Below, in pieces: positions 43,691 through 53,790 of a DNA stretch of 64,000 nucleotides (the first letter of the stretch is position 1; each line of letters begins with the position of its first letter). Source of the DNA: Candidatus Micrarchaeota archaeon (GTDB lineage Archaea; Micrarchaeota; Micrarchaeia; Micrarchaeales; CABMGC01); the NCBI GenBank assembly GCA_046536795.1, contig JAWDMB010000001.1, forward strand, positions 74,449 through 138,448, read 5' to 3'. The translations under genes and the position numbers were made by a program. A model generated the notes under the pieces. The model saw only the letters and a program-made list of their open reading frames with translations, ran no database searches and was not told the DNA's origin.

Positions 43691-44059
43691 GTGGGTATTT
43701 GCGTGGAAGAAATAAAGCAAGTAATTATTGTAAGAAGCGATTTGGAAATGAGCAAGGGCAAGACCTGTGCACAGGTTGCTCACGCATCGATAATGAGCTA
43801 CTTTGAAGCGGAAAAGCAGGATAAAGAGATAGCTAAAACATGGCTGGATACGGGGGAAAAGAAGATAGTGCTTAAGCTAGATGGTGAAGAAGCTCTTAAG
43901 AGGCTCTATGAAGCGTTTAAGTATAAGCATATCCCAGCTGCGCTCGTAAGTGATGCTGGTTTGACGGAATTGCCTCCAGGAACTATAACCGCTCTTGGCA
44001 TAGGCCCTTGGAAAAGTACAGAAATAGATCAATTTACAAAGAGCCTTAAGCTCCTTTGA
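43691..44059 (+). CDS. pth2: peptidyl-tRNA hydrolase, archaeal type (Pth2)
   Basis: 122 aa. QVIIVRSDLEMSKGKTCAQVAHAS and ..DAGLTELPPGTITALGIGP. Confidence 0.85.
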   Translation: MGICVEEIKQVIIVRSDLEMSKGKTCAQVAHASIMSYFEAEKQDKEIAKTWLDTGEKKIVLKLDGEEALKRLYEAFKYKHIPAALVSDAGLTELPPGTITALGIGPWKSTEIDQFTKSLKLL

Positions 44060-44071
44060 AATACTCTTTGA

Positions 44072-44992
44072 TTATTTCTCATTTATATAAGTGAGCCATT
44101 CTTTAAAGAGCGCTTCCTTACCATGCACAATGTCAAAATATTTATCACTTATTGTTTTTGTGATAGGGCCAACCTTTCCGTCTCCTATAACTCTTGAATC
44201 TACGCTTACTATTGGCGTTATCTCCGCAGCGGTTCCTGCAAAAAAGAGCTCATCGCATGTATAGAGTTCTTCCTTATGTATATTTCTCTCAATAACTTCT
44301 ATACCTAGGCTCTCTGCTATTTTTATTACAGAGTCTCTTGTTATGCCAAGAAGTATATCCGCTTCGCGTGGTGGAGTTATCAGCAAACCATCTTTTACCA
44401 TAAAGATGTTTTCTGCAGCTCCTTCTGCAACATAGCCTTGGACTGATGTTAGTATTGCTTCATCTGCTCCACTCGCCTTTGCCTCAAGCGAAGCAATTAT
44501 AGAATTTATGTAGTTGCCACTAGCCTTAGCCAGCGGCGGTAGTATAAGTGAGTTTATCCTATGCCATTCTGAGATCTTGCAGCTTATCCCCTTATCCTTA
44601 TTTTTGAAATAGGTCTTTAGAGGAACTGTAGCAACTATAACGCTTATCTTCTTTCCTGTTACGTCTATACCTATCTGTGCATCGTTATAAAATGCAAAAG
44701 GCCTTATATACGCTTCATTAAGCCCATTTTTTCTTAGTGTTTCTATTATAGCGTTCCTAATTTCTTCTTTGTTAAAAGGAAGCTTCATGGAATAAATCTT
44801 TGCACTGTTGAAGAACCTGTTTAAATGGTCTTGTAGTCTGAATATCGCAGGACCCTTATCTGTAGCATAAGCTCTTATCCCTTCGAATATACCGCTCCCA
44901 TATTGTAGAGAATGGGTTAGTACATGCACTTTGGCTTTTTCATATTCTACAAACTCGCCATCAAACCATATATACTGCTTCATCCAAACCAC
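44072..44992 (-). CDS. ilvE: branched-chain amino acid aminotransferase
   Basis: 306 aa. The class IV aminotransferase pattern (WFDGEFV..A.VHVLTHSLQYGSGIFEGIRAY, EGAAENIF) fits IlvE. Confidence 0.85.
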   Translation of the reverse strand: MVWMKQYIWFDGEFVEYEKAKVHVLTHSLQYGSGIFEGIRAYATDKGPAIFRLQDHLNRFFNSAKIYSMKLPFNKEEIRNAIIETLRKNGLNEAYIRPFAFYNDAQIGIDVTGKKISVIVATVPLKTYFKNKDKGISCKISEWHRINSLILPPLAKASGNYINSIIASLEAKASGADEAILTSVQGYVAEGAAENIFMVKDGLLITPPREADILLGITRDSVIKIAESLGIEVIERNIHKEELYTCDELFFAGTAAEITPIVSVDSRVIGDGKVGPITKTISDKYFDIVHGKEALFKEWLTYINEK

Positions 44993-45027
44993 AATAAAAA
45001 TAGCAATAGAAAATATTTATATGCTTA

Positions 45028-45393
45028 TCAATAGCTTGAAGTTATTGCAATACCATATGCCGCTTTGCTGGCATTTGTATAAGCAATGTTCCTCATAAAG
45101 GATATGCCCATCCTTGTAAGCTCTAGTGGTTTTTGATCTTCTCCTCTCTCAGAGAAAGAGAGTAAACCTTTTTTCTTTAGTTTCTTAAGGTTGTACCATA
45201 TAGTACTTCTAGAGAATCCGTATTCTTCAAATATGTATTCGACGAAAGCGGATGCAGATCTTATCTGGTCATAGCCTATTTCCATTATAATTATTGATTC
45301 CTTCTCGCTGAGTTTGATTCTCTCTACTGCCTTAAAAACAGCTTCTTGTTTATACTCAATATATTTTTCTGCACGCATAGGCAAACACCCCAA
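45028..45393 (-). CDS. winged-helix transcriptional regulator (family unassigned)
   Basis: 121 aa. SRSTIWYNLKKLKKKGLLSFSERGED..PLELT is a wHTH recognition helix plus wing. Confidence 0.5.
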   Translation of the reverse strand: MGCLPMRAEKYIEYKQEAVFKAVERIKLSEKESIIIMEIGYDQIRSASAFVEYIFEEYGFSRSTIWYNLKKLKKKGLLSFSERGEDQKPLELTRMGISFMRNIAYTNASKAAYGIAITSSY

Positions 45394-45436
45394 AAAATTG
45401 TCATGCGCCTATGCGGCAGCTTTATTCAAGAAATAG

Positions 45437-45485
45437 CTGTCGCTAAGTATAATGCATGTGCATATTGATTTATTCATAGCGACAG
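45437..45485. promoter_or_regulatory. 9-bp inverted repeat CTGTCGCTA ... TAGCGACAG in a divergent promoter region
   Basis: The arms at 45437..45445 and 45477..45485 flank an ATGCATGTGCAT core. The repeat lies between the wHTH regulator and the A24 peptidase genes. Confidence 0.3.
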
Positions 45486-45562
45486 GGAATCTCATAATTT
45501 CCCAGAATAATAATACACATATTATATTTAAATCTTTTCTACAAAATCTCAATGTTGAGTAT

Positions 45563-46402
45563 ATGCTTGAGGTAATAAGGGTATTGGTGCTTTTAGCATT
45601 TGCAACCCTTTATGCCTATTTTGATATATTTAACAAAAGGAGCATACCAAATAGTTTTGCATACTTTAGCATAGCTGTGGGTATTATCTTTACCTTTTTT
45701 TATCCTTTTAAGACATTAGAGCTCTCTCTACTAATTGCAGCCTTTGTTGTTGCCGCTGGTTATATATTATACAAAGCCGGCTTCTTAGGTCTTGGTGATG
45801 GGCTAGAGCTTGCATTTGTCTCATTAATGTTGCCCATACAACCAACGCCCCTTCTAAACATACCGCAGCTGGGCCTTCCCTTTGTTCTTTCTGTATTCAT
45901 ATCTTCTGGCATTGTGGCAATAATAGCGCTTCCGATTTATTATATGCTTAATAGCAAGCCGGAGCTTAGAAAAGAATCAGTGATAAAGGCATTTGTAGTG
46001 TTTATATCCTATCTAGTACTTCTTATGCTTATCTACCTTCTACTCGGCCATATGGCACTTATCCCAGTGGTGTTTATAATAATTATCGCGTTTTTCTCAG
46101 CGTTGATATTTCTCTTTGAAGCAAGCATGAACAAGCGCATGATAACATGGATCTATCCAAGCAAGCTTGGGGAGGATGACATTATAGCCATAAATCTGAT
46201 GAGCAAGAAGGAGATAATGTTCTTTAAATCAAAGTATTCTGGCTTCGGTAGGCTCGCTGATAGGAAGGCAATAGCTGCATTAAAAAACATCAAGAAGAAA
46301 ATACCCGTATATACAAATGCGATACCATTTTCAGTATTTATCTTAGCAGGAATTATATTATCTCTCCTTATAGGTGATCCTATTCTTTTCATTCTTTTTT
46401 AG
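45563..46402 (+). CDS. A24-family prepilin/preflagellin peptidase (PibD/FlaK-like)
   Basis: Polytopic. The first catalytic Asp context is YAYFDIFNKRSIPN and the second is GLGDGLEL (the GxGD motif). I prefer Met38 as the start; the ORF track starts at 45452. Confidence 0.7.
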   Translation: MLEVIRVLVLLAFATLYAYFDIFNKRSIPNSFAYFSIAVGIIFTFFYPFKTLELSLLIAAFVVAAGYILYKAGFLGLGDGLELAFVSLMLPIQPTPLLNIPQLGLPFVLSVFISSGIVAIIALPIYYMLNSKPELRKESVIKAFVVFISYLVLLMLIYLLLGHMALIPVVFIIIIAFFSALIFLFEASMNKRMITWIYPSKLGEDDIIAINLMSKKEIMFFKSKYSGFGRLADRKAIAALKNIKKKIPVYTNAIPFSVFILAGIILSLLIGDPILFILF

Positions 46403-46455
46403 CGAAATTTAGAAAGAGTTAAAAACTTTTAAATAGAAAGAAAATTTGAGATCCC

Positions 46456-47115
46456 ATGAAATATGCAAGAGCTCATATTAAAAAGTATTGGGTCTTTGAA
46501 CACAAGAAGGCGTTAGGGCTCTCCTTCCTTATGTTTTCTGCAACATATAGCGTTGGGCTTGCCTTTTTCCTGATTCTTAATGCATTTTTTATACCTAATA
46601 TTTATACCACGTTTGTAGTTGTGTTCTTACTTTTTCTTTTACTTGCGTTTGTTATAATAGGTAGCATAATAAATGCGCATAATAAAGTTTCTAAGCTTAT
46701 GAATGCAAATGAGCGTAGAGCGCATTCTAAGCATGTGGGAATATTCCTTATCTTATTTATAATAGGCCTAATCCTATGCATGGTCCCATTGGTGTTTTTT
46801 ATATATCCAGGCATGATTATGTTCCTACTCACTATAGGTGGCGTATTGCTGCTACTTTACATTATATTGATGTTCGTGTTTGATTACAAATTTTATGAAC
46901 TCGCACTCGCATCTATATTCGTATGGGCAGTATACGTAGTGTCAGCCTTTCTTATAGCACCCATATACTTTTCAAATCATCCACTTTTCAACGTTATCTC
47001 ATTATTTATAACTTCTATAACAATAATTACTGTATTCGCAATTGCAGGAATTATGCTTCTACAAAGCTCTTTTGACGAGATTATAAAGGATATAAACTAC
47101 CTTGGAAAGCGCTGA
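46456..47115 (+). CDS. hypothetical polytopic membrane protein
   Basis: 219 aa, about 6 TM segments. No motif recognised. Confidence 0.45.
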   Translation: MKYARAHIKKYWVFEHKKALGLSFLMFSATYSVGLAFFLILNAFFIPNIYTTFVVVFLLFLLLAFVIIGSIINAHNKVSKLMNANERRAHSKHVGIFLILFIIGLILCMVPLVFFIYPGMIMFLLTIGGVLLLLYIILMFVFDYKFYELALASIFVWAVYVVSAFLIAPIYFSNHPLFNVISLFITSITIITVFAIAGIMLLQSSFDEIIKDINYLGKR

Positions 47116-48000
47116 TCAGCTCATTATAATCTCCAAAAGCTCGGCTTCAGAATTTATGTTATAAAGTGTGTCTTTTTTAATAACTGGTAGATCCATTATC
47201 TCTTTTTTGTCAGATTCAATGACAAAGAAAGAGTAATTATTTTTAAAAGTCTCCATTATCTCTTTAAGCACCACTGCCCTCTTAACCAGTGTTCTGATGT
47301 CGCCTTCTGATGCTATTTCATAATAGTTTGTTTTTCCTTTGGCTATAATATTAAATGGTAACCTTTTCACGCTAAGCGCTCTTACGTTTGTTCTTGCAAG
47401 CAGCATCTCATTATTATTCGAATATATGTTGCTCTCAACGTCTTCTTTTTCTGCATCTAGCCTGCTTTTAAAGAAGTTGTTTATCTTGTTTGCAACTTCT
47501 AATGATACATATGCATAATTGTGCTCATATCTGTATATACTACTCTTTGATATTTTGATTTTTTGGGCAAGCTCCTCTGCACTTATATTATTTATATGCC
47601 TCATCTCCTTCAATTTTGTACCGTCTATGCGCACCTTTGCACCTATACCTTTTGCCGCTATGGGTTGTGGCACATCATCAAGCAGATATTCAAATCCCTT
47701 TACTGAAACGCAGCTGATTGAGAACCTCTTATAAATTAGATCTTCGTTCAAAATTACATTTTTTGACCTTTCACCAATTATAAGCGGCTGAGCACCGATA
47801 AAGTCTGCTAGCTTGCAAAGTTCAAGTGCAATATCCCTGCTAACCGAATCTATGTTCTCTACAACCTTAATTAGAAGCTTCTTGTCCTTCTTTTCAGCTA
47901 TTAAGTCTACCGCAGAATGTATGCCCTCAATTGCTACCTGCAGGTAGCCATTCTTCTCTATTACTTCCTTTACCTGTTTGACTATCTCTTTTTTCGTCAT
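47116..48000 (-). CDS. conserved archaeal HTH (XRE-type) putative transcriptional regulator, COG1395-like
   Basis: 294 aa. A central HTH_3 segment (GTKLKEMRHINNISAEELAQKIKISKSSIYRYEHN) is flanked by N- and C-terminal domains, as in the ~300-aa archaeal family. Confidence 0.6.
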   Translation of the reverse strand: MTKKEIVKQVKEVIEKNGYLQVAIEGIHSAVDLIAEKKDKKLLIKVVENIDSVSRDIALELCKLADFIGAQPLIIGERSKNVILNEDLIYKRFSISCVSVKGFEYLLDDVPQPIAAKGIGAKVRIDGTKLKEMRHINNISAEELAQKIKISKSSIYRYEHNYAYVSLEVANKINNFFKSRLDAEKEDVESNIYSNNNEMLLARTNVRALSVKRLPFNIIAKGKTNYYEIASEGDIRTLVKRAVVLKEIMETFKNNYSFFVIESDKKEIMDLPVIKKDTLYNINSEAELLEIIMS

Positions 48001-48052
48001 AATTTAAAAATGACTATATAAATATAAATTTCTTTTCGGATTATTATTAGCG

Positions 48053-49360
48053 ATGGCACCAGAAAAGATTAGTATACCAGTTGCACTTGCAGTTGGTTTA
48101 GGTGCAATAATAGGTGCTGGTATTTTTGTTTTAAGCGGCACAGCAATAGCGATAGCGGGCGGCTACGCTTTGTTGGCTTTTGTGCTTGTTGGTATTGTTG
48201 CAATTTTTGTTGGCTTAGAGATAGGCGAGCTCTCATCACTTATGCCCAATGAGGTGGGCGCCTCTTATTCTTTTGTATATAAAGCCTTTGGAAGCGAGCT
48301 TGGTTTTGTAACAGGAATATTACTCTTTTTTAGCTATGCAACGAGCATATCTGTAATTTCGTTAGGTTTTGGATCTTATCTTAGTAGCATACTAGCTCTT
48401 AGCAATGCCTTTAACATACCATTCGCGATTCTACTTATTTTTGTGCTTTCAATTCTTAATATACTTGGCATTAAAAAAGCTGCAAAGTCCGATGCGGTTT
48501 TGGTTGCAATAAAAGTTTCTATATTGCTGCTTTTTATAATTGCTGCACTTGCAATCTCTTTGTCGAATAAAACTTTCTCTACCTCAAATTTTTCTGTGCC
48601 TAACAATGCTCTACTTTCTATTTTCTCAGCGAGTGTGGTAATATTCTTTGCATATTCTGGCTTTCAATCAATCTCAACACTTACTTCTAGAATAAGGGGT
48701 AAAAACGGTGCCGCTAAAGCAATAATACTTGCAACCGTGATAAGTCTTATCCTTTATGTTCTAGTTGTATTTTCTCTTCTTGCTCTTATGCCTGCTTCAG
48801 AATATAAGATAAGCGGCGACCCTCTCTCCTTTGCACTAAAGGCATCACACGCACCACAGTGGCTTTTCATTACTGTAGATATAGGTGCATTAATAGCTAC
48901 AACCTCTGCAACAATAGCAATGATACTTAGTTCATCTAGGATGCTTTATCAGATAAGTAAGGATAAGCTTCTGCCAAAAATTTTCAGAAAATACAATGAA
49001 GAAAGCGATGTGGCAGTAAACAGTGTTATAGCCTCTGCGATAATAGGCGTTATTATGCTATTTTCTGGAAACATATATACAATTGCTGCTATAAGTAATT
49101 TTGGCCTTCTCTTCTCTTATATAATGGCCAGCTTTGCCCTAATACACTTTAGAAGAAGTGGCTCTGAGGCAAGTTTTTCTATGCCCTTATACCCTTACCT
49201 TACAATAATCACAATAATATTTCTGTTTGCCTTCCTTTTTGGAATGCCTAAAGAGAGTCTTTTGATTGGGGCTATACTAATCATACTTCTTCTCGCTATA
49301 TACTACATGTTAAAGGAAATAAAGAGAAAAAAGCCTGTCATGATAAAATTATTTGATTAG
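48053..49360 (+). CDS. APC-family amino acid permease
   Basis: 435 aa, about 12 TM segments. The N-terminal GAIIGAGIFVLSG motif is typical of the APC family. Confidence 0.8.
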   Translation: MAPEKISIPVALAVGLGAIIGAGIFVLSGTAIAIAGGYALLAFVLVGIVAIFVGLEIGELSSLMPNEVGASYSFVYKAFGSELGFVTGILLFFSYATSISVISLGFGSYLSSILALSNAFNIPFAILLIFVLSILNILGIKKAAKSDAVLVAIKVSILLLFIIAALAISLSNKTFSTSNFSVPNNALLSIFSASVVIFFAYSGFQSISTLTSRIRGKNGAAKAIILATVISLILYVLVVFSLLALMPASEYKISGDPLSFALKASHAPQWLFITVDIGALIATTSATIAMILSSSRMLYQISKDKLLPKIFRKYNEESDVAVNSVIASAIIGVIMLFSGNIYTIAAISNFGLLFSYIMASFALIHFRRSGSEASFSMPLYPYLTIITIIFLFAFLFGMPKESLLIGAILIILLLAIYYMLKEIKRKKPVMIKLFD

Positions 49361-49735
49361 AACTTTATGCTGAAAGAATGTGATCTATTAGTTTTCTGTT
49401 GCGAAGTCCATATCATTTATGGGTGGATGATGTCGCGTTTGTATGCTGACTTTCAGATAGTGCAGTGCCTATTTGCGTTTAAAGTGACTCATACCATGAG
49501 TCAAATTTTAATACTTATTGATACTATGGAAGCAAGCAAGATTATCGAGATATTAAGCAATTATAACTTTTGGGGAAATTTTAAAAAAGAGCTTTGCGGA
49601 AGAAGGACTGTAAGTACTCATGCGCAATCTTGAGGCTAGTTAATGTGGTTAGGGGGTGAATAATATAGATATAAATTCAACAACCTAATGGAATATCAAA
49701 AGGGGATGTATTTAAAAATAAATGGGCCCATCTTC

Positions 49736-50317
49736 CTAAATAGTTTGCTTTTGTGGATAAGTGTTGATCTTTACGTTTACAGCCTTCTTCTCCATGTCTT
49801 TTCTAAGTATCTCTTTGAACTCTTCTGGAGATGCAGCAACATCTCTCCCAGCAAGTTTGAGCAAGCGTGCGAGTATAGAATTATGCCTTCCTTCCCATAG
49901 AACCTTGACCTTCTCGTTTATTTCGCTATAGCTATCGTCAAGTAAAATATCTATAAACTTGAATCCATTCTTTCCACCGCGCTTTGAATATAAAACCTCA
50001 AGCTCGAGTCCATTCTTTGCAAGAATCTCCTTTATTTCTTTTATATTCTTGTTTGCTGTTACAACTACTACATCCACATCGTTTTCTTGAAGCTCTTTTA
50101 TAAGCTCCTTTAAGCCTTCATTAAGCTGTATCCCATCATCTAGTATCTTTTTGGAAAAGTGCTGGCCAAGCCCTAGCACATCCGCCACAAAAAACACAAT
50201 ATTTTCAATAATTTCAGCTATAAGTCCACCTATCGGAAAGTGCTTCTTGAACACACCGTCTAGATTCGTAAGCGTACCGTCAAAGTCTATACCTACAACA
50301 TATCTGCCGTTGCGCAT
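49736..50317 (-). CDS. HAD-superfamily hydrolase-like protein
   Basis: 193 aa. Motif I VGIDFDGTLT. The rest of the protein is weakly diagnostic. Confidence 0.5.
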   Translation of the reverse strand: MRNGRYVVGIDFDGTLTNLDGVFKKHFPIGGLIAEIIENIVFFVADVLGLGQHFSKKILDDGIQLNEGLKELIKELQENDVDVVVVTANKNIKEIKEILAKNGLELEVLYSKRGGKNGFKFIDILLDDSYSEINEKVKVLWEGRHNSILARLLKLAGRDVAASPEEFKEILRKDMEKKAVNVKINTYPQKQTI

Positions 50318-50393
50318 GCTTTATTATTAAAAATACCATGATTTAAAAGGTTTTTAGGGATATTTATAATTGACGAAATTTGAATGTGGGCAT

Positions 50394-51536
50394 ATGGATA
50401 TTAAGGAATTTATCCTCAGCCAGGTAAGAGAATACTATAGGAATGCAGAGATAGCACCCACAAACATAGAAAAGAGAGAGTTTGCATATGGCGATTTCGA
50501 ACAAAAGATAGTGCAGCGTCACCTTTCCTTCAAGAACGAAGCAGAGCTAAAGGCATTTGCGATAGAGAAAGCACCAATGCATATGCATTATTCCCCAGCA
50601 CTTTACAGATTTCCAGATGCTCGGCCGATGGAAAGAAAAGAGCTAATAGGGGCTGAGCTCGCTTTTGATATAGATATAACTGATATGGATCTTCCATGTC
50701 AAAAACTGCACGGCAAAGAATTCGTATGTAAAGACTGCCTTGGTGTTGCAAAAAATGAAGTTTTTAAGCTTATAGAGGATTTTCTCATTCCTGACTTTGG
50801 ATTCAAGAAAGATGAGATAGAGATAAATTTTAGTGGCAACAGAGGCTATCATATACATGTAATTTCAAAAGATATTCTCAGCCTTAAAGATGATGCTCGA
50901 AAAGAGATAACCGATTATATCTCTGGAAATGGGCTTGACTTCAACGAAATCTTTCCAACCATGAGCCAGAAAGGTGTTTTGCTAGGTCCTAAGCCTACAG
51001 ATCCGGGCTGGGGTGGCAAGATCGCCAGAAACTTTATAAAAACGCTAGAAAGCGGGGTAGACGCATTGATTGCGCTTGGCATAGAGAGGCGCGTTGCAAA
51101 AAATCTTTATCAGAAAAAGGCACTTGTTGAGATGGGCATAAAGAATGGAAATTGGGATATGATTTACATAAAGAAGAAAAAAGAATTCTGGGAGAACATA
51201 CTTAAAAAACAAGTGATAAAGCAGAGCGACGTTATAGATAAGAATGTTACAATCAACACTACGCATGTGATAAGGCTTCCCAATACAATTCACGGAAGCA
51301 CAGGTTTAATAGCAAAAAAGCTCTCATTTTCAGAACTGGAAAAGTTTAATCCATTAAATGACGCAATAGCCTTTAAGAAAGGAGAAATGAAGGTAAAAAT
51401 AGAGAAAGCGCCGGCAATGATGATGGCTAACAGCGTTTATGGTCCATTTGATAATGTAGAAGAATACCTGCCATCATACGTTGCAATATACTATTATCTG
51501 AAGGGATTTGCACAAGTTTTAGATGTGAGGGCATAG
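50394..51536 (+). CDS. priS: DNA primase small (catalytic) subunit PriS
   Basis: AELAFDIDITD (catalytic Asp pair), FSGNRGYHIHV and RLPNTIHGSTG. I prefer the ATG at 50394, with TATTTATAA ~30 nt upstream. The ORF track starts at the TTG at 50370. Confidence 0.9.
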   Translation: MDIKEFILSQVREYYRNAEIAPTNIEKREFAYGDFEQKIVQRHLSFKNEAELKAFAIEKAPMHMHYSPALYRFPDARPMERKELIGAELAFDIDITDMDLPCQKLHGKEFVCKDCLGVAKNEVFKLIEDFLIPDFGFKKDEIEINFSGNRGYHIHVISKDILSLKDDARKEITDYISGNGLDFNEIFPTMSQKGVLLGPKPTDPGWGGKIARNFIKTLESGVDALIALGIERRVAKNLYQKKALVEMGIKNGNWDMIYIKKKKEFWENILKKQVIKQSDVIDKNVTINTTHVIRLPNTIHGSTGLIAKKLSFSELEKFNPLNDAIAFKKGEMKVKIEKAPAMMMANSVYGPFDNVEEYLPSYVAIYYYLKGFAQVLDVRA

Positions 51537-51613
51537 CCATTGAGAGAGGGGAAGAGTTAAATATTTTCTCTTAAAATAAAATATCTACTTATTCCTAATT
51601 TCTGGTGTTTAAG

Positions 51614-52180
51614 ATGGGAATTGCAAAATATATGAAAGCCACATTCCAGCAAGAGTACAAGGAGCGAAGTCCTATTCTTAGAGATCGCTTGGCAAAGTGG
51701 AGAAAAGGAGAAAGTGTCGTGAGAATAGAGCGACCAACCAATTTGGTAAGGGCTAGAGAGCTCGGCTACAAGGCAAAGCAAGGCGTTATAGTTGCTAGAG
51801 TGAGAGTAAGAAAAGGCTTAAGGAAAAGGCAGAAGCCAATGGGTGGTAGAAAGCCTTCAAAAAATGCAAGATTTTTTGCATATAGAAAATCATACCAAAG
51901 TGTAGCTGAGGAAAGAGCAAATAGAAAATTCTCTAATGCAGAGGTGCTTAATTCCTATTATGTAGGAGAGGATGGCAACTACATGTTTTATGAGGTAATA
52001 TTGTTAGATAGATCTAACCCTTCAATCCAAAATGATAAGGAGTATCAAAATATAATAAAGCAGAAAGGTCGTGTTTACAGAGGTTTGACAAGTTCTGGTA
52101 GAAAACACCGTGGACTATTGCACAAAGGCTTTGGTACTAATAAAAACAGACCTAGTGTTAGAGCAAACATTAGGGGCTAG
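51614..52180 (+). CDS. rpl15e: 50S ribosomal protein L15e (eL15)
   Basis: MGIAKYMKATFQQEYKERS..LAKWRK...RARELGYKAKQGVIVARVRVRKG. I prefer the ATG at 51614. Confidence 0.9.
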   Translation: MGIAKYMKATFQQEYKERSPILRDRLAKWRKGESVVRIERPTNLVRARELGYKAKQGVIVARVRVRKGLRKRQKPMGGRKPSKNARFFAYRKSYQSVAEERANRKFSNAEVLNSYYVGEDGNYMFYEVILLDRSNPSIQNDKEYQNIIKQKGRVYRGLTSSGRKHRGLLHKGFGTNKNRPSVRANIRG

Positions 52181-52182
52181 AG

Positions 52183-52476
52183 ATGAAGGTAAGGCTTATA
52201 GCAAAAGGTATAGTGCAGGGTGTAGGATTCAGATATTTTGTTAGGGGCAGAGCATTAAAAAATAATATTAAAGGCATTGTAAGAAATCTTCCAGACGGTT
52301 CAGTAGAAATTTTTGCAGAGGGCGACGAAGGCAATCTAAGCAATTTTATAGAAGAGATAAGGTTTGCGGAAGGCTCTCTTGCAAGCGTCGATGAATTAGA
52401 TATTTATAGAGAAGGCGAAATCGGATTTAAAGAACCGTGGAAAGAATACGGCGATAAATTTATAATAGACAAGTAG
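52183..52476 (+). CDS. acyP: acylphosphatase
   Basis: 97 aa. KGIVQGVGFRYF..., GIVRNLPDGSVEIFAEG. Confidence 0.85.
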   Translation: MKVRLIAKGIVQGVGFRYFVRGRALKNNIKGIVRNLPDGSVEIFAEGDEGNLSNFIEEIRFAEGSLASVDELDIYREGEIGFKEPWKEYGDKFIIDK

Positions 52477-52486
52477 CTTAAGAATA

Positions 52487-52726
52487 TTGTTTAAAGGTGT
52501 TAAAATAAAAGCTCAGCTGATAATTGAGTTGGGAAAAAAGGCAAAGGATTACATTAAGGTAATGGACATGCCAAAAGAGTATAAGAGAAGCAAGTTAAAA
52601 ATAAAAGAAAAAGGAGGAAAAATAACATTAGATATAGAAGCGAATGACCCGGTAGCGCTCATCGCTTCTTTAAGTAGTATAATTAAGCAGATGCGAGTGA
52701 TAAGCTCTGTGGATGAGATAGAGTAG
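52487..52726 (+). CDS. pcc1: putative KEOPS subunit Pcc1
   Basis: 79 aa. The C-terminal LDIEANDPVALIASLSSIIKQMRV resembles the Pcc1 A.D..ALRAS.NS pattern. Assigned from memory only. Confidence 0.5.
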   Translation: MFKGVKIKAQLIIELGKKAKDYIKVMDMPKEYKRSKLKIKEKGGKITLDIEANDPVALIASLSSIIKQMRVISSVDEIE

Positions 52727-52821
52727 AAAAATTCCACTAAAAAAGGTTTAGCGATAGTAATATAAATATGATCGAATATAATCTCTCATAAGTTTTCTTC
52801 CTTTTATTTTAAGGTGTACAA

Positions 52822-53790
52822 ATGAGAAGAGGTTCTCTAGAATTCTGGCCTCATAGAAGGGCAAAACGTCAGCTCCCAAGGATAAGGAGCTGGCCAAAGA
52901 TAGCTGAGCCTCTGCTTCTCGGTTTGGTTGCTTATAAAGTGGGAATGACTCATGTAGGTATGATTGATGATAGTGAATCACCATCTAAAGGAAGTGAGGT
53001 GGTAAGAGCAGTAACCGTGTTAGAAGTGCCAAAAATATACCTTTATGGCGCAAGGCTCTACAAAAAAGAAGAATATAAAGAGCCAGCAATAGAATTTTAC
53101 TCAAAAGAGCTTGCACGCAGGGTTGGTGTTAAGAACATTAAAAATACAGCCGAAAAGTTGGAAGAGGTAAAGAAAGATCTTTCAAAGTATATAGATATTA
53201 CCGCCTTACTTTTTGCTGATCCATCAAACTTGGGTTTTGGCAAGAAAAAGATAGCAAGGTTTGAAGTTCCTATAGGCGGTGATTCTTTAGAAAAGAAGCT
53301 CGAATTCATAATGCAGAATATGGGAAAAGAGATAAAAGCAAAAGATGTACTTAAGGATGGCGAATATATAGATGTTACCTCTATTACAAAGGGAAAGGGG
53401 TGGGCTGGCGTTATAAAGAGATTTGGCGTAGCCAGGCAAATAAGAAAGGCAACAGGTAAGGTTAGGCATGTTGGAACACTAGGTCCTTGGCATCCACCAA
53501 AAGTTTTGTATACGGTGCCGCACGCAGGGCACATGGGCTACAATTACAGGACAGAATTAAACAAACGTGTATTGAAGCTAGGTAGCCCTGAAGAAGCTAA
53601 AACAGTAAACGTAAAGGGTGGATTTTTAAACTATGGTATTGTAAAGAACGAGTTTATAATTGTTGATGGTTCTGTTCCAGGACCAGCAAAAAGACTTGTA
53701 AGAATAAGGAAAGCGCTTCGTGCAAAAGTAAAGGAGCAAAAAGAGCCGAAACTTACTTATATCTCAACAGCATCTAAGCAAGGTGCATGA
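52822..53790 (+). CDS. rpl3: 50S ribosomal protein L3 (uL3)
   Basis: RRGSLEFWPHRRAKR..., KGKGWAGVIKRFG. Confidence 0.95.
   Translation: MRRGSLEFWPHRRAKRQLPRIRSWPKIAEPLLLGLVAYKVGMTHVGMIDDSESPSKGSEVVRAVTVLEVPKIYLYGARLYKKEEYKEPAIEFYSKELARRVGVKNIKNTAEKLEEVKKDLSKYIDITALLFADPSNLGFGKKKIARFEVPIGGDSLEKKLEFIMQNMGKEIKAKDVLKDGEYIDVTSITKGKGWAGVIKRFGVARQIRKATGKVRHVGTLGPWHPPKVLYTVPHAGHMGYNYRTELNKRVLKLGSPEEAKTVNVKGGFLNYGIVKNEFIIVDGSVPGPAKRLVRIRKALRAKVKEQKEPKLTYISTASKQGA

Noticed and set aside
49415-49450. Half C/D-box-like pattern ATGATGT-12 nt-CTGA in the long intergenic gap.
   Set aside because: The C box is imperfect, with a terminal T. No C'/D' or second box pair sits at a sensible spacing. It is most likely chance in AT-rich sequence.
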